This document shows positions 43,359-53,767 of a stretch of DNA of 64,000 nucleotides, piece by piece; position 1 is the stretch's first letter, and every line of letters begins with the position of its first letter. A model generated the notes under the pieces. The model had not been told where the DNA came from and did no database searches. It worked only from the letters and a program-made list of their open reading frames with translations. Origin of the DNA: a virus. Its lineage: Duplodnaviria; Caudoviricetes. The DNA is taken from IMG/VR virus record IMGVR_UViG_3300030376_004823, positions 3,917 to 67,916 of that record; one strand, given 5' to 3'. The position numbers were made by a program, and so were the translations under genes.

Positions 43359-46300
43359 TTATTGCTGGCCTAACGAGTGGTTTTGCTTAGACTCCACGAA
43401 GTGGGTGTTTACACAAAACATCTCAAAAGGAGCGGTTTGGTTATTAGTTAATGTTATGTCTGCCCAGTGACCCCGAACAGGATCGCCATCTACAGAGGCG
43501 TCGGATACAGCGACTATACGAGAACCCTCCCAACCTTCAAAAACAATGTTGACCGCTCCATCAACGTTTATTGTGTTGGCAGAGGCAAAGCTATTAAAAG
43601 TTACATATCCAGTGGTTGTGGTAAAGTCGTACTCGTCGTTGTCTACGTCCACAATCCTAAGCTGAGCCCCATACGGAATTGGGTTTCTGTTCACTCTGTT
43701 TACGAAGGTTATTGTGTTCGCAGTTACGCTCTCTACGGTTCCAACACCCATTATGTGCTTGGTTCCGTTTTCGTCTCTGGTGAACTCAGAGTAGTAGCTA
43801 CCCTCTTTCTCTACAAACTGCTTTGATTGAGCGTTGCTGTCTAGGTCTGTGACTACTGGATCTGCAACCCACCCTCCGCTATCTCCCTCAATAGAAATTG
43901 CATTGAAGACCTTAACCATACTGGGATTGTAATTGCTTGCCACCCGAACTATAGAGGGCGCTGCAGTACCGTAGAAGGTGTTTCTGTTAGCGTTGTCAGA
44001 GTGCGAGTGAAAGACAATGGCGTTGTCATCTCCGTCTGGATCGACATACAGGGCGCTGTACATAGTCCCGTTTTGATCAGAATACATGTTTGGTACGAAG
44101 CTGTATCTGCTTTGCCATACCCCAGACCCTACGTTATACCCAAGAGTCAATCCATTGTATGTGCCTGAAGGCCTTATGGTTACGTAATACTGATCGTCCT
44201 CAGGGTCGTATCCGCTTACTATTCTGTTTCCGTTTTGAGCTTCAAATAAGTCAATGTTGGTTTTAAACAGAGAGTCGGCACCATTCTCTGATATTGCAGA
44301 CATACCCTCAGAGCTAAGCCTAACAACCTTTTTTCTAGAAGTGTCTACGAAAAAGGCGTTGCCGTCCCTAATCAAAACAGACTCAGGGTTATCCCCGCAC
44401 CCAAAGTCACCAGAGTAGTACACTGGAGAGTTAAGTACGTTTGTGCTAAGAGACACAATTCCCCCCGTGCTTGGAGACGTAATAATGTCTTTGTTTACTG
44501 GAACCCTGGAAACCCTGTTTTCTTGAAAGGCAAGAAGGTAGTCATCCCTAAACGTTCCAATGTAGTTGCAAGCACCGTTAGCAGAGTCTAAGCTAAAGAA
44601 GTTGGCAAGGCTCGGATTAAATGATGATAGTGACAGGTTGGCGACATCTTCGGCGTAGGCATCGCTATATGTAATTCCGTTTTGTCTTCTTACGGTTGCG
44701 GCGTTTTCAAACACCACATGGGGTCTTCCTTTGTGCCACGAAGTTCCTTGAACCCTGTCTGATGCTGAATTAGACTCAAGGTAAAACGTCCTATACTGGT
44801 AGTTGAATTCATCGTATATGTTTCCCTCAGTAGCATCAGGAGAGGTCTTACATGCAACTGGTCTAAAGAATACGTTACCGTTAGTCACTTCTATAGGGTT
44901 ACCGTGACCCCCGTTGGAAATAACACCCCCTTCACCTATCTCAAAAAACACCCTTTCAGAAGTGGTTTTTCTTGGACTATAAATTTCAACAACGGTTCCT
45001 TGGCCCCACCTTGAGTTTGTTGTCGGCGCATTCCCGTCTGGATAGTTTTGCCCTGTTACAGAAAACCAGTCATACCCATTGAATTTTAGGTCGTTTCCAT
45101 CCTTTCCTGCTGCCCCACCATTTACCGCTGAGGACTCTAGAATCAAAAAGTCCCCGTGGTCGTTGGAGTCGATTATAGTGCTTGCACCGCCACCGTGTTT
45201 GTGAGCCAATATATTGTTATTAGCGCCTATTGTCACAACTCCGACAACATCAAACTCAATAGCAGTTCCATCAGAGGCGCTGTCATAAACTCTACCTGGA
45301 GTAGCAGCCGCGTGATCATATCTGCTTACTAGTCTAAGCTTATCGCCCTTTGTAAAAGAATATGACCTTTCGGTTTTCTTTTCTTCGTTATAGATCTTCA
45401 AAGAGTTTAATGACACATATATCTCTTGTGTGTGGATGTCAGGGTCATTGCTTCCATTTCCTGAAAGATCTCTTTTGTAGTAAGCCCCACCAGATGTGTA
45501 CCCCACAAAGTCTTGGATTGAATCTGGCCCTGGATATACAATCTGATAAGAAGTAGCCCAGTCTGGAGGCGTGGTCGCTGAAAGATCTATGGTTACAGAC
45601 GACGGCCCATAGTTACTAGACCGTGTGGAAATGTCGTCTACATATACAGTCCCTATCTCGTTTACGTTTCCAGACCTGTTGAACTTATCATAGTATACGA
45701 CACCAAAAGTATGAGAGCTTCCAGCCTTAAAGCCTTTTTTGTAAGAGTCGTTAGATGCTGAAAATACTGGAGACGATAAAAACGATGCGTAACCAGAATA
45801 ACTTATTTCTGACTGAGCCTGTCCTGTCTCATTTAGGATGTCGGTTCCAACAAGATCGTAACTCTCAGTAGAGTTAGAGCTGCTTAAATCATACCCTGAT
45901 CCATCATGACTGTAATAGTTTACGCTTCCGTTTCCAACAATGAACCCCTTGATGTAAGGCTTCATAGTAAATGCAGTAGACGTAGCCCCAGAAGCGTAGT
46001 CATTAAAACCCCATTCCACCTCGACATAATTTCCATTAGAGCCAAGGTCGATACTTAAATAGTCTGGGTTAGTAGGATCAGAATCGTCATAAAATCTAAT
46101 TCTATAACGATTAGATCCGTCCCAAGAAGATGCTCCGTACTTAATTCTAGCCGTATAACTAGAAAGTCTAGATTGTACTTCAGAAACAACCTGACCTATA
46201 CTAGTGTCTTCTTCAAGAAGAAGTGTAATGTTAAATATGTGGGGCACAAGGTCTCCGTCAGATTGCGCTCCACCTGAATGACCCAGTGGTTTAGGGCCAG

Positions 46301-47732
46301 CTAGTCTTATTGTAGCTTCGTCGCTATCCTGAAATTCATCATCAGAAGTTACGTTTCTCCACGTCTTTGAGTTGTATTCAAACTCTAAAGAAATATTGTC
46401 TAGAACAAAAACAGAACTAAAGTCAAAACTTAGGGTTATTACGGTTCCTGATGGCACCACAGTATTTGTGGTCGGCGAGGCATCAAGAGCCGTCCAAGAG
46501 CCAGAAGCGAGGGCGTTAAAATCAATAGACAGACCAGTGCCTATGGATACATGAGACGAGAAGTTTCCTGGAGAAATGTAATTTGAGCTTTTGTCATATA
46601 TAACCTTGTTGTTTACTGACAAGGTTGCGTTAATAGGGGTGTTTGATCTGCCTTCCTCATAGTTAGAAAACATTAGCCTGTTTCCTGATACGGACTGCCC
46701 AGCCGCAATCAAAGGGACATTGTCGTAAGATTTATTGACAGTGTCGGTAGACACCGCCCTTCCCAACACGTTGTTGTAAAACCTATATCTTCTTGCAGAC
46801 GCATCATAGATTTGCTTTTGTTCTCCGAAAAAGTTCTTGTACAGATCGACATCTGGATTAAACTCATCTACCACGAAAAACGCTCCGTCGTTTCCGTCTC
46901 TAGCAATGATTCTTATCTTTTCTAGGTCTGGTTTTTGAAAGTCTACAGGGATAATAACTTCGCAAACATTATCTATGTGGTTTGCGATTCCATACCCTTC
47001 TCCTTCTTGAGCGCCAAAAACAGCGTGATTGCTCACTGCAAGCTCAGAGTACCCAGAAATAGCGGACTCCTCTCCATCAATGTATATCTGCTGAACAGCA
47101 AATTGAAAAAAACTTGTCTTAAAGTTGTTTTGCTCAAAAGACTGGTCAGTAGCAAACCTTACAGAAGGAAAGCCATTCATCGCTGGCTTGCAAGCCGATA
47201 TAACGGTGTCAAAGGTGCTTTGAGTAGCGTCATACACAGAAGAGCTCATGGCCCTTTCTACGTTGATCTTACGGGGTGGGTTCCTATTATCCGTAAAGTA
47301 CAGAGCGGTTTGGATAACTCCGTCCTGCTGGAACTCCGCATTGACCACGTCAGCCTTTACAAACCCGTCTGGATCAAAGTTAAGACCACTGGCCTTGAGC
47401 ACTAGCTCATAGCTGTTATCACTGGTGTCAAGCCTATAGATGGAGTGCTGAGTTGACCCTTCGGTGTCGGCAACAAAAAAGTATACAAACCCCCTCTGAT
47501 GGTCAGAAACACTACCTATAACCGTTACGGGGTCTCCGTCAACAATTCTGTTTATAGCGTTAGCCGTAGCCGCTACTGTGCCCCTTGCGTTCTTTATTAT
47601 CCCAGCGCTGTTCGCCCCGTTCTCCGCTATCGTGACATTCAGGGCGTCCATCATTTCCCCAACCTCAGGCCTAACAAGCCTTTGATCAGCGTCCGTCTGG
47701 AGTCTGTTCGGTATGGTCTTATCTATAGCCAT
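43359..47732 (-). CDS. Tail stabilisation / nozzle (muzzle) protein
   Basis: 1457-aa beta-propeller-like protein (YFTDNRNPPRKINV, GDFGCGDNPES, SGYDPEDDQY) after the ring proteins. Confidence 0.7.
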   Translation of the reverse strand: MAIDKTIPNRLQTDADQRLVRPEVGEMMDALNVTIAENGANSAGIIKNARGTVAATANAINRIVDGDPVTVIGSVSDHQRGFVYFFVADTEGSTQHSIYRLDTSDNSYELVLKASGLNFDPDGFVKADVVNAEFQQDGVIQTALYFTDNRNPPRKINVERAMSSSVYDATQSTFDTVISACKPAMNGFPSVRFATDQSFEQNNFKTSFFQFAVQQIYIDGEESAISGYSELAVSNHAVFGAQEGEGYGIANHIDNVCEVIIPVDFQKPDLEKIRIIARDGNDGAFFVVDEFNPDVDLYKNFFGEQKQIYDASARRYRFYNNVLGRAVSTDTVNKSYDNVPLIAAGQSVSGNRLMFSNYEEGRSNTPINATLSVNNKVIYDKSSNYISPGNFSSHVSIGTGLSIDFNALASGSWTALDASPTTNTVVPSGTVITLSFDFSSVFVLDNISLEFEYNSKTWRNVTSDDEFQDSDEATIRLAGPKPLGHSGGAQSDGDLVPHIFNITLLLEEDTSIGQVVSEVQSRLSSYTARIKYGASSWDGSNRYRIRFYDDSDPTNPDYLSIDLGSNGNYVEVEWGFNDYASGATSTAFTMKPYIKGFIVGNGSVNYYSHDGSGYDLSSSNSTESYDLVGTDILNETGQAQSEISYSGYASFLSSPVFSASNDSYKKGFKAGSSHTFGVVYYDKFNRSGNVNEIGTVYVDDISTRSSNYGPSSVTIDLSATTPPDWATSYQIVYPGPDSIQDFVGYTSGGAYYKRDLSGNGSNDPDIHTQEIYVSLNSLKIYNEEKKTERSYSFTKGDKLRLVSRYDHAAATPGRVYDSASDGTAIEFDVVGVVTIGANNNILAHKHGGGASTIIDSNDHGDFLILESSAVNGGAAGKDGNDLKFNGYDWFSVTGQNYPDGNAPTTNSRWGQGTVVEIYSPRKTTSERVFFEIGEGGVISNGGHGNPIEVTNGNVFFRPVACKTSPDATEGNIYDEFNYQYRTFYLESNSASDRVQGTSWHKGRPHVVFENAATVRRQNGITYSDAYAEDVANLSLSSFNPSLANFFSLDSANGACNYIGTFRDDYLLAFQENRVSRVPVNKDIITSPSTGGIVSLSTNVLNSPVYYSGDFGCGDNPESVLIRDGNAFFVDTSRKKVVRLSSEGMSAISENGADSLFKTNIDLFEAQNGNRIVSGYDPEDDQYYVTIRPSGTYNGLTLGYNVGSGVWQSRYSFVPNMYSDQNGTMYSALYVDPDGDDNAIVFHSHSDNANRNTFYGTAAPSIVRVASNYNPSMVKVFNAISIEGDSGGWVADPVVTDLDSNAQSKQFVEKEGSYYSEFTRDENGTKHIMGVGTVESVTANTITFVNRVNRNPIPYGAQLRIVDVDNDEYDFTTTTGYVTFNSFASANTINVDGAVNIVFEGWEGSRIVAVSDASVDGDPVRGHWADITLTNNQTAPFEMFCVNTHFVESKQNHSLGQQ

Positions 47733-48556
47733 TAGCGCTTAGGTGCTTGCTTAAAGTTCTTACGAATAGTCTTGAGCAACTCTTCTTTCGTGAAGGACTT
47801 CATACGAGCATTAGCTTTGCGCCTTTCGTTGTAGTACTCTTGCCTAGCCCTGGCCTTTTCGTTGGAGGGCACAGAAGACTTCCGCTCAATGAGCTTGTAG
47901 TACATAAATGACCTGAGGGCCTCCTCAGCATAAACGTGAACCCTTGGGTTTGTGGATCGAGCCTCGTCAGCTACGTATTCTATTACGACCTCACTGATGT
48001 CGCCGTTGGACTTCAGTTCGAGTCTGTTCTGGTCCATGTTGACCCTGAACTCCCCATAGTAGTGGCCTCCACCCACCCCATACAACCTACCGTGGTTGTT
48101 CTCGTGGACGAAGTTTCTAAAGATGTAAGAGTTCATCCCCTGGTCTATACCGTCATCTACGGCAGGTGACCCGCTACTTGTAGCACTCTTGCTGTCTTCC
48201 CTGTCGTAAAGCCCGTCACCATCAGTGTCGTAGAAGTATCCTCCAGAGGTAGAGTACTTCTGGGACTGATTGATATTCTTGTTCTCCCCAAGGACGTAAA
48301 CCAGTCCGTCGCTACCTACCACCCCGACCTTAGTCCAATCTACATAGTCATCAGGAAGGGTTACCGTGCCATTGCTAGAAACGGACAGCTTCAAAGATCT
48401 TACGACCTTCAGCATATCAAACCCCATTTCTCTAATGCCACGAAGCGCAAAAGCCCTGATCGTGGTGTCAGGGGCTGAGCTTACGTAGTCATCAGTATCT
48501 AAGGTTAAGACAAAGTCATTAACTACCTGATTTAATGGTATATAGTTCCTTGCCAT
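47732..48556 (-). CDS. Tail ring / adaptor protein
   Basis: LPDDYVDWTKVG motif; position between capsid and nozzle genes. Confidence 0.6.
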   Translation of the reverse strand: MARNYIPLNQVVNDFVLTLDTDDYVSSAPDTTIRAFALRGIREMGFDMLKVVRSLKLSVSSNGTVTLPDDYVDWTKVGVVGSDGLVYVLGENKNINQSQKYSTSGGYFYDTDGDGLYDREDSKSATSSGSPAVDDGIDQGMNSYIFRNFVHENNHGRLYGVGGGHYYGEFRVNMDQNRLELKSNGDISEVVIEYVADEARSTNPRVHVYAEEALRSFMYYKLIERKSSVPSNEKARARQEYYNERRKANARMKSFTKEELLKTIRKNFKQAPKR

Positions 48557-49302
48557 CAGTAGGTGCTTTCTTGTTTACGTTCGTTCTGCTCCCCTTGAGC
48601 GACTTGAGCAACAAACTGATCTCGTAGGTTCACCCCTATAAGCTGAGCAATCTCTATTACCAACTCCTCCAAGTAGTGATCGGGGAGCTCAAAGTCATAG
48701 CTATTGGCAGAGTTAAACGACTCTACACCCCCAACAACGTTAACTGCGTAGGTAGGGGGTTGCACGGAGTCGGTACCGTCTTCTGCAGTGCTTTCTGGGT
48801 ATTTATAGTACCTCAGCCTGATTCTATTGATGCTGTCTGGGAAGACTTCAATATCATTGCTTACAAGGGCTACAGGGGCCATCTCTGTCGGTCTGCTGAT
48901 GTCGCTCAACAACAACCTTTCAATCTTGTCTTCATCGTAGCACAGGTCTATAATCGTCCTTGTGCTTTCCCCCATCAGAAGGCTCCCATCTGTGGTTGCA
49001 GAAATAATTCTAGACAAGTTGTTTGGCTTAGCAAATAAACCCCCAGTTCTGTCAATAGTTTGAGTCCTAGCAAAGAATGCCAAGTCCTCTTCTATTTGCT
49101 TGAACTTAGACTTGTCCCTCCCAGGATTAAATCCAGCCCTACTGACCCGCTTAGCGTCCTTTAGCTTGTCAAAGAGTCTGTTGAATATTCTCAGCTGTGC
49201 GACCTGAGCGAAATTATTGAACACACTAGGCGTAACAAACCCATTCTGGTCCTTGTTGACCATGTCCTTCAGTGCGTCATATACAGCGGATACGCTTGCC
49301 AT
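48556..49302 (-). CDS. Tail ring / adaptor protein
   Basis: True start MASVSAVY at 49302. NKDQNGFVTPSVFN and FELP motifs resemble crAss-like ring proteins. Confidence 0.6.
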   Translation of the reverse strand: MASVSAVYDALKDMVNKDQNGFVTPSVFNNFAQVAQLRIFNRLFDKLKDAKRVSRAGFNPGRDKSKFKQIEEDLAFFARTQTIDRTGGLFAKPNNLSRIISATTDGSLLMGESTRTIIDLCYDEDKIERLLLSDISRPTEMAPVALVSNDIEVFPDSINRIRLRYYKYPESTAEDGTDSVQPPTYAVNVVGGVESFNSANSYDFELPDHYLEELVIEIAQLIGVNLRDQFVAQVAQGEQNERKQESTY

Positions 49303-49306
49303 GAGA

Positions 49307-49314
49307 CAAATATA
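49307..49314 (-). promoter_or_regulatory. -7 element TATATTTG, 4 nt before ATG 49302
   Basis: TATATTTG-TCTC-ATG, directly after a terminator. Confidence 0.65.
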
Positions 49315-49315
49315 C

Positions 49316-49347
49316 AAAAAGAAAAAGCCGCACTATGGCGGCTCTTT
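49316..49347 (-). terminator. Intrinsic terminator
   Basis: AGCCGC/GCGGCT stem followed by TTTTCTTTTT on the - strand. Confidence 0.8.
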
Positions 49348-49365
49348 CCAGTGTATTCAGTACGC

Positions 49366-50181
49366 TCAGCTCTGCATTTGTCTTTCTATCTCCTCTACTA
49401 CTGATACCGCAGATTCTGTAAGGCAATACCTAACAAAAACATCCAGCGGATCTTGACCAGCAGGTACGGATACGATTAGCTTTCCGCTGTCAAACCAGTT
49501 TACTCCAGTAGGAGACATCTTGATGATTTGATACTTGTCAGCCATCTTGAGCTTCGTCTTCATTTCAACAACAGGGTTGTTAAACGAGTCGATGAACTTC
49601 TGCGGAGATTTCTTGGCGTAGATGAGTAGGTCGTGCTTGATCTCAGCGACTGGACGATCGACATTGATTCCAACGGACACGGCTACACTGAGCAACTCAT
49701 CAAGCTCTTTGTCCCTGACCATGGTCACGGCATCAGCCAATAGGAACTCGGTATCGACGTGAATCTCAGCCTTCTTCTCCTTGTTGACCAGCTCAAATAG
49801 AGAACCTCCGTTGGCTTTATTGCCTGGGTGCAAATCCATAAACTCCCCAAGGTTTGGCTGGTCTGGACGCACAAAGATTCTACCTTCTTGAAAAACAACG
49901 GATTTCCTAACTGCGCTGTCAGACTGTTCGTCTCTCCATACGCTTGGTTCGTTGGGGCAGTACCTTAGCTCCCTGATTCCGTTTTGATCTTTGTCAAATA
50001 CAGTAGTCCCCTTTTGTTGCATCATGAAAGTAGCCCCCATGGGTTTCATGGTCTTGTACTCTCTTACAGTATCCTTAGGAATTTCTCTTTTGATCTTGAC
50101 AGCAGCCTTAGGCTCTGCCTTCTTGGTCGTTGTTTTTGTAGCGGGACGACCAGGTCCCCGCTTTGCGGTTGTAGTAGGCAT
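49366..50181 (-). CDS. Conserved hypothetical protein downstream of the capsid genes
   Basis: 271 aa; RELRYCPNEPS...L..HP.N motif and a K/T/P-rich N-tail. Confidence 0.65.
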   Translation of the reverse strand: MPTTTAKRGPGRPATKTTTKKAEPKAAVKIKREIPKDTVREYKTMKPMGATFMMQQKGTTVFDKDQNGIRELRYCPNEPSVWRDEQSDSAVRKSVVFQEGRIFVRPDQPNLGEFMDLHPGNKANGGSLFELVNKEKKAEIHVDTEFLLADAVTMVRDKELDELLSVAVSVGINVDRPVAEIKHDLLIYAKKSPQKFIDSFNNPVVEMKTKLKMADKYQIIKMSPTGVNWFDSGKLIVSVPAGQDPLDVFVRYCLTESAVSVVEEIERQMQS

Positions 50182-50206
50182 TGAATTAAAATTTAAAAGT
50201 GAGTGG

Positions 50207-50236
50207 TAAAAGAGAGGGAGGCGATTCCTCCCCCTC
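50207..50236 (-). terminator. Intrinsic terminator
   Basis: GAGGGGGAGG/CCTCCCTCTC stem followed by TTTT on the - strand. Confidence 0.75.
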
Positions 50237-50250
50237 AGTTACCTGTTGTT

Positions 50251-50604
50251 TTATTCTACAGCGACTCCACCTCCAGCTCCAAGGTAGATCCAGTTGCTTC
50301 CCGTCCACATGGCGGTAGCAAATTCTCCAGTAGCATTTAGAGTAAGTTGGTCAAGTTCGCCGTCGTCTCCCATAGGGCCCGTAGTAAAAGTAATAGCGCA
50401 GTTGTGCGTATTGGTAGAACCACGGTCGTCCATAATCGTAAGAATAGTGCCAGGAATAGTGGCGTCTCCGATTGTAATAGCACTAGCCTCGTTCACGGTT
50501 ACGTGAATTCTGCTAGTCTTTCCGTCCCACGTTGTACTTGCAGTGCTTGCGACTTGAATCGCGTCATCCAAGTAAAGTGGGAAAACATTAGTGTCAACAG
50601 CCAT
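50251..50604 (-). CDS. Putative capsid auxiliary / decoration protein
   Basis: Small beta-rich protein directly after the MCP. Confidence 0.5.
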   Translation of the reverse strand: MAVDTNVFPLYLDDAIQVASTASTTWDGKTSRIHVTVNEASAITIGDATIPGTILTIMDDRGSTNTHNCAITFTTGPMGDDGELDQLTLNATGEFATAMWTGSNWIYLGAGGGVAVE

Positions 50605-50626
50605 ATTTATATATGTTGCGAAGATT

Positions 50627-50650
50627 AGGAAGGGGCCGAAGCCCCCTCCT
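50627..50650 (-). terminator. UUCG hairpin after the major capsid gene (leaky terminator or stabiliser)
   Basis: GGGGC-TTCG-GCCCC core on the - strand; weak U tract. Confidence 0.6.
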
Positions 50651-50664
50651 TCACTTCAGGTTAA

Positions 50665-52044
50665 TCAGGTAAGCAAGACGTGCTGGTTAGCAGCGCGAGT
50701 GATCAGGTTGCACTCAGAACGGTAGTGGAACTTAGCCTCGTCCACATCGTTCGTAGCGTAACCAAGAACACCGCCACCTTCCATCCAGTGGTCGAGCTCA
50801 CGGCTGTAGCCATTCACTTCCTTGTAGTTCATCTCCAAAGCAGGGGAGTGATTGCCAGACTTGGCATCAGCAACCGTGCGGAGCGGAACCATAGCACCCT
50901 TAAACGGCTTAGTGTCAAAGAGACCGAGCAAAGTAGGATCGCTCAGCAACTTCCAACCGTGCTTGTGGAAGGTGTAGCTACCTCTGGTGAAGCTCTTGAA
51001 GCCCAGCTTGACAGCCATATCAGAGCTGTTTTGGAAGGCTCCGAACTGACCAGGAAGACCAGCGGTGGTCTGCGTAGCGATACCAGCAGCAAGCATGTCG
51101 TCGATATTCAACGACGTAGCCGTGTCAACGTACATAGCGTACTCTTGCGGAGCACCCTGCTTATCGAGAGTAAAGATCAACTCGTCGATATCAGCAAACC
51201 CAGCACCGTCACCGAAGCTACCAGAAGTAGTAATACCTCTGTCCTGAATTGCAGCGAAGTAGCCCTCAGATCCAGCGATACCATCAGCAGCAGTAGCTCC
51301 CAGCTGAATGTCTGCCTCTCCAGCATTAGCGTTCGCGGCAACAGCCTTCTGTCCGAGGAGCATCATCATCTCTCTCTGGTTCATGAAGCGCTTACGAACG
51401 TCCATCTCGCCCTTCACGTACCAGCGGTACTCACCTCCACCGAGGTTGATCCAACCGATGTTCGTGGCTTGAGAACCAGTCACGCGGAAGGACTCCTTAG
51501 TAATGAAGTACGGGTTGACACGCTTGACAACCTCTGTCTGGTAGAACTCGGAAGGCTGACCTGTTCCTTGAGCGTATACGTTACCGATAATTGCAACCTC
51601 CTGCTCAGCAAAAGTGGCGGCAGTACCTCCGTCCATTTTAACAGCAGTGGTGGCGCTCTTAACAATGATTCTGGTCCCGTCCGCAAGAAGAAGAACGTCG
51701 TTTGGACGAGCAGCCTCGCCAGATGCAAACGCAATAGTATACGTAGCACCACTCGCAGCCGTTGCCTCAACAGTAGCGGTTTTGTGCAGACGACCCTCCT
51801 CCCAGTACTGAACTTCGTCAGAAGTACCGCCAGAGCGAGTAGCGCCAGTCAGTTGGAGAAAGCCAGTGATGCCTTGATCACCGTAAGTGTTAACCAAGAG
51901 GTCCCTGTTGTCGGGCTTGGTAACGTCGATAAGGTCTCCGAGGGAGACGTATTTTGAGGGGTCGGTTTTAAGCGTAGCCTTCAAGTTAGATGGCGTAACG
52001 TTTGCACCAACACCCATACTAGAATCAATCTGTATAGCAGACAT
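50665..52044 (-). CDS. Major capsid protein (HK97 fold, crAss-like)
   Basis: 459 aa; follows an acidic scaffold; strongly biased codons; QYWEEGRLH and HYRSECNL...ANQHVL motifs. Confidence 0.8.
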   Translation of the reverse strand: MSAIQIDSSMGVGANVTPSNLKATLKTDPSKYVSLGDLIDVTKPDNRDLLVNTYGDQGITGFLQLTGATRSGGTSDEVQYWEEGRLHKTATVEATAASGATYTIAFASGEAARPNDVLLLADGTRIIVKSATTAVKMDGGTAATFAEQEVAIIGNVYAQGTGQPSEFYQTEVVKRVNPYFITKESFRVTGSQATNIGWINLGGGEYRWYVKGEMDVRKRFMNQREMMMLLGQKAVAANANAGEADIQLGATAADGIAGSEGYFAAIQDRGITTSGSFGDGAGFADIDELIFTLDKQGAPQEYAMYVDTATSLNIDDMLAAGIATQTTAGLPGQFGAFQNSSDMAVKLGFKSFTRGSYTFHKHGWKLLSDPTLLGLFDTKPFKGAMVPLRTVADAKSGNHSPALEMNYKEVNGYSRELDHWMEGGGVLGYATNDVDEAKFHYRSECNLITRAANQHVLLT

Positions 52045-52072
52045 GATATTGTGTTGTTGTTGTTGTTATTGT

Positions 52073-53140
52073 TTAAAAAGACCAAGTGGATCCTCCTCCC
52101 AGCGCTTGTTTGAGTTGTGCTGTAAGATTATCCTCTTGCGATTGTTGCCCACCTTGATTTGGAGACTGAGCACTAACGTTAGCTGCTTGGTTCACAATAC
52201 CTCTTTGACCGTCCGCCATACCTTGCTTGTATACGGATTGAACAATCTGTTCCATGTTGTCGATCACGGCCCTGTGAACGTTCAGCGTGTCGTAGTCCCA
52301 CTCCCCATCCTGTCGGACGTAAGGATCAAAGAACTCGTCAAGTCGAGCGTTTCTCTCTACTAGGTCTGATCTGTAGTTTTCATCCAGTCCAAACGTAAAC
52401 TTTTTTCCATTGCCAAGGTCAAATTCAACCCCGTCAAAAGCTTCGGTTTCGTTTATCATGGACGACATCCACTGATCGTCAAATAGAGACTGATCACTTT
52501 CGCTCTCACTTACTTCAGGTGCGGCGTACTTCTCTCGAATTCCGTCGATAGCCTGACGTGCGTTTTGAGCGTCTATTTTCAGTTGCAACTGCGAGAGTTT
52601 CACCTCATCTTCTGTGTGCAGATCAGTATCGAGCTTGTACTTGCTGCTAAGCAGCGTGGAGATCTCATCTTGAGACAGGTTTGGGTACTCAGAGTTCATT
52701 TGAACCTGAATGGCAGTCATGTCATCCATTTCGGATGGGTTAAGCTGCTGGTACACAAACCAGTCCTGCGGTGAACGTCCAGTCTCTTGAACAAACTCCG
52801 CAATAGCAGATATCCGTTCGTCAAGCTCGCTCTCTTGTTGCGGTTGTCCTAGGAGTTGATCAAAGGATTCGATCTGAGAACCAAGCCTTTCGCTTAGGTA
52901 TTCCAGAACTGCACCCTCTACATCCTCTTCGGACTCGTTTTCTATATTTTCAGTTTGAGTTTCTTCCGTTGAAGTCTCTCCCTCTTGAATCTGTTCTGGC
53001 ATGGCCGAAACAGCTTCTTCGGGTTGTGTTTCCTGAACCTGAGGTTCTGGTTGCATAGCAGCCTGAACTTCTGACTCGTCTACAAAAGTGAAGCCAGTTG
53101 ACTCCTGACCTTCAGTAGGGTTAACTTGTTGATCTTCCAT
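52073..53140 (-). CDS. Putative capsid scaffolding protein
   Basis: Very acidic E/Q-rich helical protein directly upstream of the MCP. Confidence 0.65.
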   Translation of the reverse strand: MEDQQVNPTEGQESTGFTFVDESEVQAAMQPEPQVQETQPEEAVSAMPEQIQEGETSTEETQTENIENESEEDVEGAVLEYLSERLGSQIESFDQLLGQPQQESELDERISAIAEFVQETGRSPQDWFVYQQLNPSEMDDMTAIQVQMNSEYPNLSQDEISTLLSSKYKLDTDLHTEDEVKLSQLQLKIDAQNARQAIDGIREKYAAPEVSESESDQSLFDDQWMSSMINETEAFDGVEFDLGNGKKFTFGLDENYRSDLVERNARLDEFFDPYVRQDGEWDYDTLNVHRAVIDNMEQIVQSVYKQGMADGQRGIVNQAANVSAQSPNQGGQQSQEDNLTAQLKQALGGGSTWSF

Positions 53141-53154
53141 GAATTGAATTTTAG

Positions 53155-53162
53155 CAAATATA
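53155..53162 (-). promoter_or_regulatory. -7 element TATATTTG upstream of the scaffold/MCP operon
   Basis: 14 nt before the ATG; leader AAAATTCAATTC. Confidence 0.65.
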
Positions 53163-53170
53163 ATACGGGA

Positions 53171-53413
53171 TTACTTCCGTTTTTTTACCTTATACCTAGA
53201 GACTCTGCCCTTGGTTCTTTTCTCTTTAGCGGCCCTGGCTTTTTCCGACGGAGACAGCTCTGACCACGTTGAAGGCGTGTCTTTTGACACCTTAACTGTA
53301 GGCCTAAACGTCCTGTCCCCTTTGCTGTAGCCCTTTTTACCCTTCGGGGTGGTCCACTTTTCTTTAAACCACCTTTTTAAAGCAAGCCCCTTTTCGGTCT
53401 TTCTTACTGCCAT
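53171..53413 (-). CDS. Small basic protein (DUF5872-like)
   Basis: LKRWFKEKW...RPTVKVSKDTP.T pattern; family label from memory. Confidence 0.6.
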   Translation of the reverse strand: MAVRKTEKGLALKRWFKEKWTTPKGKKGYSKGDRTFRPTVKVSKDTPSTWSELSPSEKARAAKEKRTKGRVSRYKVKKRK

Positions 53414-53589
53414 TACTTTTTGGACTTGTTGCCCCAGTTCTTAGCCCCAACTTTTCTGCACTTAGCGAGAGCCCCAGACGCATAAGCCGAAGGCCATACG
53501 CTATACCTAGACTTTACCTTGCTGTAGCAAGCGTCCTTGACGGCGCCCCCTTTTTTGTACTTCTTGTACTTCTTAATTGCTTTTGCCAT
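53413..53589 (-). CDS. Small basic protein (58 aa, not in the track)
   Basis: MAKAIKKYKKYKKGGAVKDACYSKVKSRYSVWPSAYASGALAKCRKVGAKNWGNKSKK; coupled on both sides. Confidence 0.7.
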   Translation of the reverse strand: MAKAIKKYKKYKKGGAVKDACYSKVKSRYSVWPSAYASGALAKCRKVGAKNWGNKSKK

Positions 53590-53767
53590 GGGTCACGGTT
53601 TTAAACTGTGCTTTTGCTACGGCCCCAGGGTGTGGCTTGTATTCTCCAGCCATGAGATAGTACCGTCCAGACTCCTCCATCCAGTGATAACCTTTTGGAG
53701 GATCGATGCCAACCTTCTTGTTGAGCACCTTTAGCTTACCGCCCTTCTGGTACTTAACTGCCTTCAT
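53573..53767 (-). CDS. Small basic protein with KYQKGGK and PKGYHWM motifs
   Basis: 64-aa coupled ORF. Confidence 0.65.
   Translation of the reverse strand: MKAVKYQKGGKLKVLNKKVGIDPPKGYHWMEESGRYYLMAGEYKPHPGAVAKAQFKTVTHGKSN

Noticed and set aside
50680-51957. 425-aa + strand ORF
   Set aside because: Antisense shadow of the codon-biased major capsid gene. The same applies to most other nested track ORFs (for example 11489..12232, 15033..15593, 16645..17268, 19406..20023).
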